DNA from: a virus
Lineage: Duplodnaviria; Caudoviricetes
IMG/VR virus record: IMGVR_UViG_3300049917_000278
Location: 1 to 39,926 of that record
Strand: one strand, 5' to 3'
Length of the DNA: 39,926 nt
Shown here: positions 33,054 through 39,926 of the stretch, piece after piece
How positions within the stretch are numbered: position 1 is the stretch's first letter
How the letters are laid out: every line of letters starts with the position of its first letter
The notes under the pieces: model-generated
Databases searched by the model: none
What the model was told of the DNA's origin: nothing
Seen by the model: the letters and a program-made list of their open reading frames with translations, nothing else
Position numbers and translations under genes: made by a program

Positions 33054-35303
33054 TTAAGTTGCTCCTCCCTGGACTCCAACCTTGCGTCTCAATTGATCGC
33101 TTACCGTGTTGACAGGTTGTTGACCAGATGACGCTCCTCCAAGTCCGCTACCACTTCCAGGCCTTCCACCTATTGGAGAATTTCTTGCTCCTTCATTTAT
33201 TATTTCACCTATATCGATCGGACCGACTTCAGAAGGCCTGAAAACCGTATTCAATTTAATCTCATTCAAAAGTGCGACCATGGTAGTCAGCTTTTCATTC
33301 ACGACGCCAAACGTCAACTGATCGAGGATCCGCGCGGATATCTGGTTTCCTTGCTGAAGCAAAGCTATCTCATCAGCATTACCGCCAATGCCTGACTTGA
33401 GGTCCTCGAAGTTCTGCTTAGGGACAACAACTTCCCCGGGAGTAAGCAAGGCTGGAACTGTGTCCTTATTGCCAATACCTGGAACTACACCGCCTTCAGC
33501 GAATTGTGCGGCTTCGATTTGTCTCAGTTGTTGCTGTCCATATAGAACTGCCGATGCAGCTGCACCTGCCGCGAGAAAAGGACCAGCAAATGGGATTCCT
33601 ATGAGTGAGTTGTAAGCGGCGAATGCCGCCTTGGGTATATCGAGTATAACTTGAGCCTGTGCAGCACGTTTGCCAAGAGTGAAGGCTTCCCTTACCCCAG
33701 ATTTTTGAAGGCTGGCCAGTGCCGACAGGCCTTTCTGTGCGGTCTGCACGCGCTGGGTGTAGGTTTGCTGATCGAATGCTATTTCAGCATCCGTCTTAGC
33801 TTTGACGAAGTTGAATTCATCTTCCTTGGCTTTTTTGACAGCATTGAGCCTGTCCTGCTCACCTTTCTTGGTCGCATCGGTGAGCCTACGCTGCTTATCA
33901 TCATTCCTTGCAATCTCAGCTTCACTCAATTGGCCAAGCTGTTCGGCTCTCTGTGCTTCCGCCTCAACGCGTGCCGTGGTTATCTGACTCTCTCTTTCCA
34001 TGAGAGTGGCCAGCTTCAATTCATCATTGGCGGTCGTTTGTTCCTGTTCGATCAGCGCGCGGACAGCTGCTTCTTGCTGGATCAGCGTAGAGATTTGCTT
34101 CTCTGTCTCCTGGGCCTTGGCGATCTTGGCCGCGTTGGCCTTGTCTAGTTCGGCTTGCTCGGCTTCCCTTTGGATCCGAAGTTCTTCCTGCTTTTTCTCA
34201 TTTGCCTTTGTTTGAGTTGCAGCAAGTTCATCAGCCGCTTCCTTGTCTTTCTTGGCTGATTCTGCCAGGCCTTCACTCTTGGCAAGCTTCAATCGCTCAA
34301 GCTGGATGGCTTGGAGTTTGGTCTTTACGATATCCAGGTCGGCTAGGACGGTGAGCTTGTCGTCACCGAAGAAATTCATTCCCCCGGCGAGTTCCTCCTC
34401 AAGCTTTTTCCTCTGCTTGGTAAGGTTCTCGACTTCTACACCGATTTCCTTGATACGTTTGGCCGCTTCTGTTTCCTTGGAAATTCCCCTCAAGTCATTG
34501 ACGAGGAGTGTCAGCCCATCGACCGATTGGCTGATGACACTGATAAAGCCAGCAAATGCAGGAGTTGCGGAACCGCCAATAGCCGCGCCAAGTGCCGTAA
34601 AATTATCGCTTAGAGTGGAAAGAGATCCTGACACGGTTTTCGATAGGCGTTCGGTAGCGCCGAAGAACTGCCCGCCTTCTGAAGTCATCTTTTGGAAGGC
34701 CTTGGCAACTTCCTCTGAGGAAATCTTGCTGTCTGATATCAATCCTCGGATCGCAGTGCCAGCCACACCAAGGGACTTGGCCAGTTCTGGTCCTATGTTC
34801 ACGCCGCGTTCAATCAGCTGGTTGAACCGTTCACCTGTCAGTTTTCCCTCTGCCTGGATTTGCCCGAATATTGTCGCAAGGTCGCCAAGGTCTTTGCCGG
34901 TAGCGGCTGAGACTTCAGCCAACTGCCTAAGCTGTTCCACTGATTGCTTGGTGCTGGATCCAAAGGCCAGAAGGGTTCGGTTGGCGTCTGCTATCTCAGA
35001 GAGTTCGAAGGGAGATTCTGCGGCGAAATCTGAAAGGACTGCTAGTTGTGCAGCTGCGCCTTCAGCACTGCCAGTGAAGGAAATGAACTGAGTCGTCAAA
35101 TCCTCCATTTGGCGTGTGGCATTTAAAACAAAGTCGAAAGTTCCCTTTAATACGGCAAGTCCACCGATCGCCGCGCCTACTTTTAAAAAGGAAGAACTTA
35201 AAGATTCAGCCTCTTTTTCAGCTGCCTTGGTTTGCTGGACCAGCTTATCAAGCGGATCGGCTGGGTTCGTCTTTACGTTTATCGTTATCGTCGCATCAGC
35301 CAT
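33054..35303 (-). CDS. Tape measure protein
   Basis: 749 aa helical protein; FA..SPF.L, GQI...GKL..E...QL.ERG and FA.GG.VPG....D.VPA.LTPGE.V motifs. Confidence 0.95.
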   Translation of the reverse strand: MADATITINVKTNPADPLDKLVQQTKAAEKEAESLSSSFLKVGAAIGGLAVLKGTFDFVLNATRQMEDLTTQFISFTGSAEGAAAQLAVLSDFAAESPFELSEIADANRTLLAFGSSTKQSVEQLRQLAEVSAATGKDLGDLATIFGQIQAEGKLTGERFNQLIERGVNIGPELAKSLGVAGTAIRGLISDSKISSEEVAKAFQKMTSEGGQFFGATERLSKTVSGSLSTLSDNFTALGAAIGGSATPAFAGFISVISQSVDGLTLLVNDLRGISKETEAAKRIKEIGVEVENLTKQRKKLEEELAGGMNFFGDDKLTVLADLDIVKTKLQAIQLERLKLAKSEGLAESAKKDKEAADELAATQTKANEKKQEELRIQREAEQAELDKANAAKIAKAQETEKQISTLIQQEAAVRALIEQEQTTANDELKLATLMERESQITTARVEAEAQRAEQLGQLSEAEIARNDDKQRRLTDATKKGEQDRLNAVKKAKEDEFNFVKAKTDAEIAFDQQTYTQRVQTAQKGLSALASLQKSGVREAFTLGKRAAQAQVILDIPKAAFAAYNSLIGIPFAGPFLAAGAAASAVLYGQQQLRQIEAAQFAEGGVVPGIGNKDTVPALLTPGEVVVPKQNFEDLKSGIGGNADEIALLQQGNQISARILDQLTFGVVNEKLTTMVALLNEIKLNTVFRPSEVGPIDIGEIINEGARNSPIGGRPGSGSGLGGASSGQQPVNTVSDQLRRKVGVQGGAT

Positions 35304-35307
35304 TTAT

Positions 35308-35840
35308 TCACTTCCCTTTGGATCCATGCGAATCAATTTGTGAGCTAAGATACGACACTAATTCGAATTCCCTTGCCGTGAGTTCCTTATAACTGATTTG
35401 CATCAGACCCACGCGCTGGGTTCCTCTCAGGACACCCAGCAAATCGACCGCAAGCTGGACATCGTCACGGTCATCCGGTTCAACATCATTCAGGTATGGA
35501 ACCTTTGAGATGATGTTTATGGCGGCCAGCCTTATGGCTTTTTTTTGGATTCAATAAGCTTGGCCGCTGCCAAATCCCAGACAAATTCAGTGATGACACT
35601 GAGATTTTCCCGGTCATCAAGAAGCGCTTCCAGAGAATCAATGGCACCTTCCACCGATACGATGAACTTTTTGCCTATCTCAAAAGCGTTAAGGGTTTTC
35701 AGATATATGTCTGATCCCTCCTCATTTTTTGCCCATCCGGATTCACTCAAGAACCGAAGCTGTTCGATTACATTGGGAAGGCGATACTTGATGCATCCCT
35801 TGCCATCTTTCAGTTCAATTGTCTTAATGCATTCAGCCAT
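35308..35840 (-). CDS. Tail assembly chaperone, long form via -1 frameshift (gpGT-like)
   Basis: A AAA AAG slippery site near 35538-35544; the -1 frame stays open (AIRLAAINIISKVP...HGSKGK) to a TGA 4 nt before the tape measure ATG. Confidence 0.8.
35532..35840 (-). CDS. Tail assembly chaperone, short form (gpG-like)
   Basis: 102 aa ending KKKP, upstream of the tape measure gene. Confidence 0.8.
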   Translation of the reverse strand: MAECIKTIELKDGKGCIKYRLPNVIEQLRFLSESGWAKNEEGSDIYLKTLNAFEIGKKFIVSVEGAIDSLEALLDDRENLSVITEFVWDLAAAKLIESKKKP

Positions 35841-36045
35841 TATCTATTCTCACTTCCCAGTCATCAGCAAATAAATCTTTTGTGGTCGGAATCCATGCCG
35901 TGATTTCAACCTTGGTTTCGGTCAGGGCAATCAAAGGTTCCCCATCCGGACCAGTCACCACGTTCAAATGTTGGGATTCATCCCAGCTTCTTCGGATAAT
36001 TTTCAGCCCTTCCTTTGTTCTGGCCAGGGCTTCAGAGAAATTCAT
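35833..36045 (-). CDS. tad2: DUF2829 / Tad2-like anti-defence sponge protein
   Basis: MNFSEAL...KEG.KI.R..W and W.P...D.FA.DW signature. Confidence 0.75.
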   Translation of the reverse strand: MNFSEALARTKEGLKIIRRSWDESQHLNVVTGPDGEPLIALTETKVEITAWIPTTKDLFADDWEVRIDNG

Positions 36046-36051
36046 AAGGCC

Positions 36052-37587
36052 TCACAGGAAATTGATGTAGCCATCCTCAAGATCATCGCCAACAAAGGCG
36101 GTCGCTTCGAATTGCTCCACGATGTAGCCGTCTTGATCGGCGATAGTGTTGGAAGTTATCGAACAGGTTGGCAGGAATACGTTAACGATAGTTCCGGGCA
36201 TCCAGTTCCCTGCAGTCTTTTGACCGTGAACAAAGGAAAGCTGGGTATCGACGTTATTGATCAGGTTATAGAACTTTTGCACATCGTTTTTGATGAATTT
36301 GAGCGTGCCCGATACCGTGATTTCCCTTGTGAGGATGACTGATTCATCAATACCAGTCTCTGCGCACCAGTTGGGAATATCAGTTTTTGGAGTGGAAATG
36401 CTGACAGTCAATGCCTGGCCGCCTACGCACAGATAATCGGAGAAGGTTCCCAGTTCGAGCATGTTATCACGAACCACTTGCGGCGGTTGGCTGTCATATG
36501 CTGGTGTGACGGCAGGGCTATAGTCCTGAGCGTTGTCAGAAGTGTAAGTGAAACCTCCAACGTCATCGGTATTGTTGAAACCGAGCTTGGTTTTCGCACT
36601 GTTCGCAGTGTTGGTACCAGTCAACCAAAGCAGCGAGAAGGTTGTCACACCGCTGGATGCGATTGTGAACTTGCCGGTGCTGTTCGACCAGGTGCATGTG
36701 ATTGTATCGCCGCCGGATGCAAGTGAAGCGGCGGTCATCTTGCTGGCAATCTCATTTGCAAGATCGATAGGAGTGGAGTAGGCCTTCTCTTCGAGGATGG
36801 CGGCCACAGTTCCAACGTCATCAGTAAAATCGATATATTTGCTTGTCGCCGTGATGACGATGGGGTTGACGAAGAACTGAATACCGCCAATCTCAAAGGT
36901 CACCGCTGCCAGTTCGTTTGCAGTAAATTCAATATTCATCGCAGTCGTTCGACACCCGGCAATAGCCTGATGAATTGCCGATGCTGCAGACGATGCCTGG
37001 TACATGTGCGCGGTGTAGGTCGGCTGATCGGTGCTTGGCTTATAGAGGACTGCCTTGCCAAGGCTGACAAGGGAAGCTGGTGCTACCCCCAAGTTGAATG
37101 CGAGGGGAAGGTTTGTCGATGTGATGCCATCCCAGACGTTCCGGACTGCGTAGTTATTGACCGCGTCCTTGATCAGAAGCGCCTGGCCTTTTTGAAAGTT
37201 GGCCTCAACACCCGCGGTTACTTTGATATTCGCGCGTGTGGTGGAAGTCCCTGCAGTAGATGCCGCGGCGGTCTGGTATTCGGTCGATGCAACAACCTCT
37301 TCTCCAAGACAACTCTCGATAAGAATGCCGTAGTCGGGAGCCACTCCCTCGGTACCGGATGGCTTGAAGTATTTGGGAATGCTTCCAGTCGGCGACTGGG
37401 AAGTCACAAATGACTTGGATGCACCAATGGAATTTCGGAGTTCATCAGAAGTCACTGTGTTCACGGCACCGGTAAGCGCTGCACCCTCGCGAACAACGGT
37501 GAATTCGTTTGCCGTAGGTGCAACAAATACACCCTCGGTGACTTCCGGGACAAAAGCAAATACGCTGGAACGTGTAGCATAAGCCAT
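36052..37587 (-). CDS. Major tail (tube) protein with inserted accessory domains
   Basis: 511 aa; E.T.G..V.P N-terminus and R.I.V.G.L.F C-terminal part; upstream of chaperone and tape measure; no sheath gene seen. Confidence 0.75.
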   Translation of the reverse strand: MAYATRSSVFAFVPEVTEGVFVAPTANEFTVVREGAALTGAVNTVTSDELRNSIGASKSFVTSQSPTGSIPKYFKPSGTEGVAPDYGILIESCLGEEVVASTEYQTAAASTAGTSTTRANIKVTAGVEANFQKGQALLIKDAVNNYAVRNVWDGITSTNLPLAFNLGVAPASLVSLGKAVLYKPSTDQPTYTAHMYQASSAASAIHQAIAGCRTTAMNIEFTANELAAVTFEIGGIQFFVNPIVITATSKYIDFTDDVGTVAAILEEKAYSTPIDLANEIASKMTAASLASGGDTITCTWSNSTGKFTIASSGVTTFSLLWLTGTNTANSAKTKLGFNNTDDVGGFTYTSDNAQDYSPAVTPAYDSQPPQVVRDNMLELGTFSDYLCVGGQALTVSISTPKTDIPNWCAETGIDESVILTREITVSGTLKFIKNDVQKFYNLINNVDTQLSFVHGQKTAGNWMPGTIVNVFLPTCSITSNTIADQDGYIVEQFEATAFVGDDLEDGYINFL

Positions 37588-38040
37588 TTAGGTATTCTCC
37601 TCGTAAGTCACTGAGCAAGTTAAGACGATGACGATATATTGTTTTCCACTTTCGGCGATTAGATATCCTAATCCATTGTCCAATATGAACCTTGAACTGA
37701 CAGCGTTTCCCGCTAAGGTCACACTTTCTTCAAGGGCTGCGATCACTGCGAATTCATCGTTCATCAGTGAATTCTCAAGCCCTTCACGATAGTTCGCATC
37801 CATGTTTGGAGTGTAAAGGTTCGTGAGAACTATCTGAAATTGTCGTGTGACCATTATAGTGCCGATGCACCACTCGCTGGAAGTGTTTTCCCCGGAACTG
37901 AATCCAACAGAAAACCCTTTATTCAAAATAATATCGGGATTGTCCGGGGAATCGACCGAATCAGGTAGCTTGACGTATCCTGAGAGCGTAGATGAGATGA
38001 GAGTATTCAATGCTGTTCGTATATCGACAACTTTGCTCAT
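37588..38040 (-). CDS. Putative tail terminator/completion protein, allele B
   Basis: 148/150 aa identical to 64..516. Confidence 0.6.
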   Translation of the reverse strand: MSKVVDIRTALNTLISSTLSGYVKLPDSVDSPDNPDIILNKGFSVGFSSGENTSSEWCIGTIMVTRQFQIVLTNLYTPNMDANYREGLENSLMNDEFAVIAALEESVTLAGNAVSSRFILDNGLGYLIAESGKQYIVIVLTCSVTYEENT

Positions 38041-38882
38041 CGCGTTGCCCTGGAAGTCGTCGCATATAGCACTTCCCCTCTATCTTTCACTGCATTTGCA
38101 TTCAAATCGACCTTGAAGATCTTCTGGGTCATGGCCGTCTCAAAGTTCTGAGCGGCTAGTTTGATCTCAGCCTCATAGTTCTTGGCACCCAGACCCGAAT
38201 AAATGATCGAAGCGGTCTTGTGGACAGCGGGATTTCTTAGGGTTGAGATATCGAGGATTTGATTATTCGTGAAGATCAGCCCACGCTGGACCATCTCTTT
38301 TGAAATATAGGTAGCTGCGAGAAGGTGCTGGTCATCCCAGTCTGTTTTCCCGGTAGCCCAGCCGCTGAGAATAGCGGTTTGCCTTAGGTTCGGGTATTCC
38401 TCGAACAGGTCTACATCCGAGCTAAATTTCTGCCCAACATATTTGAGCTCAAACGCAGCAGGATCGGCAAAGCTTATTCGCATCCAATAGGAATGATAAA
38501 CCACAGGAGCATTGGCCAGGGCATCGACCTCTGTTGTCGATTTGCCGATAATTCCCCAGCCCTTTTCATCGTATTGCGGCGTGAACTGAAGGATACCCGA
38601 TTCCCTGAATCCGTCTGTGTAATCCAGCTGATCAGCGACTGTATTCCACTCGGTGCGACCCGCGCACAATTCAATGATCGGAACCAGTTGGGCAACCGAT
38701 ACCGTCTCAAAGCTTAGAAATTTATGGTTGAACGGTAGAAAAGACGCGATATAAAGGTAATCACCAGGATCCATGGTAATGTCGGCAGTCTTGCCGTTGT
38801 TCCATTCGTTCACCTTCACCGTAATGTCAGTGAAGGTTCCTGATTTATAAAGGATGACCCGCTGGTCAAGGTTTGACTGCAT
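38037..38882 (-). CDS. Putative head-tail connector/adaptor, allele B
   Basis: About 8 aa differences from 513..1358. Confidence 0.5.
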   Translation of the reverse strand: MQSNLDQRVILYKSGTFTDITVKVNEWNNGKTADITMDPGDYLYIASFLPFNHKFLSFETVSVAQLVPIIELCAGRTEWNTVADQLDYTDGFRESGILQFTPQYDEKGWGIIGKSTTEVDALANAPVVYHSYWMRISFADPAAFELKYVGQKFSSDVDLFEEYPNLRQTAILSGWATGKTDWDDQHLLAATYISKEMVQRGLIFTNNQILDISTLRNPAVHKTASIIYSGLGAKNYEAEIKLAAQNFETAMTQKIFKVDLNANAVKDRGEVLYATTSRATR

Positions 38883-38893
38883 TCATTCCCCAA

Positions 38894-39382
38894 TCATGGC
38901 TTAGTGACCATGGTTCCACGCATACACACTGTAAAATTCTCTATTTTCCCACCGGTTGTCAGGTTATCCCTGACTGTTATTCGATAAAAATCACCCCTAA
39001 ACGCATTGAATGTCACAGGGGTTTTGAAATCTATTGTTCCCCTGACTACGTTCCTTGTACCTAGAATCTTTCCAAGGAAATCAGCACCAACAGTTTGAAT
39101 CAAATCAAAATTTGTTTTTAGAATCCCTGTCAGTGTCTGCGTTGTGGCTCCCAGCTTGAGCTCCGTTGTCATTCCATTCGTGAGGCCAGCAAAATCCCAG
39201 AATTCAGTTGGTAGCGATATTGTTCCCGTACCAACCGCCTGAAAAATCAGCTCATCAACCGAAAATATCTCATTCGCATTCAATGGCATTGTGAACACAA
39301 CTGGTGTAACGGATCCATTTACTGCCATATTAGTGCTTGCACCGTTGGCTAGAAACCTTCTGACTGGAAACACCGTTGCCAT
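38894..39382 (-). CDS. Hypervariable putative virion protein, allele B
   Basis: About 53 of 162 aa differ from 1370..1858 (hand count); no indels. Confidence 0.6.
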   Translation of the reverse strand: MATVFPVRRFLANGASTNMAVNGSVTPVVFTMPLNANEIFSVDELIFQAVGTGTISLPTEFWDFAGLTNGMTTELKLGATTQTLTGILKTNFDLIQTVGADFLGKILGTRNVVRGTIDFKTPVTFNAFRGDFYRITVRDNLTTGGKIENFTVCMRGTMVTKP

Positions 39383-39926
39383 CAGGTCAATCCCTCCAGC
39401 AAAAGAACCGAAGTCCTGTGATAAGCAATCAGGCTAAGGTCATCCCTGATTCTTGTGATCAGGCTTGAACCAGCTGCAAAATCCCACATAGGGTCAAGCG
39501 TGACTGATCCAATCCAAATATTCTCGGTAGGGTTTTCGGTAATCTCTATGCTGTTTATCTGAGCATCGACAAAGTGCCCGAATTCTATCAGCCGCTGAAA
39601 ATTGAAAATCTCCGTCTCAACTGCAGTCGGGCTCTTTCGGATAAACTGCACGCCGTTTGTCAGTCCACCCGAAACAAGTCCGTAGTCCATAAGAGTAATA
39701 TCGTTATTGGAAACTAAAACTATATCGAGACGACGAAGCAAGGTCCTGGTCGCGAATGGTATGCTGAAGTCTACCGGTGTTCCAAGTGATCCGCTTACGT
39801 TCTGTTCCCTTGATCCGGCGGGCAGTCCACCCGATCTGAAGTACTTGAATGAGTAGTTTAACCCACTCTCAACCGGGGTTATAGAACTGCCAGTGGGCTG
39901 CACTCTTACCGTGGAGCTCGCACTCG
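39382..39926 (-). CDS. Putative virion protein, allele B (5' truncated by window edge)
   Basis: About 19-20 aa differences from 1860..2456 over the shared ~171 aa. Confidence 0.6.
   Translation of the reverse strand, partial: SASSTVRVQPTGSSITPVESGLNYSFKYFRSGGLPAGSREQNVSGSLGTPVDFSIPFATRTLLRRLDIVLVSNNDITLMDYGLVSGGLTNGVQFIRKSPTAVETEIFNFQRLIEFGHFVDAQINSIEITENPTENIWIGSVTLDPMWDFAAGSSLITRIRDDLSLIAYHRTSVLLLEGLT

Larger units (their letters stand above)
1..37524. mobile_element. Tailed dsDNA phage genome (siphovirus-like), one unit length, circularly permuted
   Basis: Terminase, portal, capsid, tail tube, tape measure and lysis genes are all present. Sequence from 37525 repeats position 1 onward. 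No host-like flanks and no integrase are visible. Confidence 0.93.
37525..39926. repeat. Imperfect terminal direct repeat, copy B
   Basis: Carries the same four genes as 64-2401 as diverged alleles. Confidence 0.97.

Noticed and set aside
34243-35091. 282-aa + strand ORF
   Set aside because: Ser-rich antisense shadow of the tape measure gene.
1-39926. Alternative genetic code or stop-codon recoding
   Set aside because: Standard-code ORFs tile the genome densely, and TAA, TAG and TGA all terminate genes at sensible, coupled positions.

Overview
The window looks like a complete, circularly permuted genome of a tailed dsDNA phage (siphovirus-like, unit length about 37.5 kb). Bases 1-2401 recur at 37525-39926 as a diverged copy: the edges are identical, but one gene is only about 67% identical at the protein level. 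This is most simply two strain alleles joined in one assembly path. The late operon (- strand) runs terS, DNA MTase, terL, portal, two morphogenesis paralogs, scaffold, major capsid, head-tail genes, tail tube, a Tad2-like protein, a tail chaperone with a -1 frameshift, tape measure, tail tip and fibre. The early region has many small ORFs, a winged-HTH protein beside a palindrome- and hairpin-rich putative origin, a RecE-like exonuclease with a putative annealase, and a promoter-anchored structured RNA with tRNA D/T-loop mimicry. I see no integrase, polymerase, helicase or primase. The standout is a set of four exported envelope proteins wrapped around the holin-endolysin pair: two CxxCH lipoproteins, a YceI protein and a CxxCH-bearing predicted outer-membrane beta-barrel. 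Together they suggest a phage-encoded c-type cytochrome/YceI module. A sigma28-type promoter and this gene content hint at a Bdellovibrionota-like diderm host, which is inference only. All family calls come from motif recognition by eye; no searches were run.
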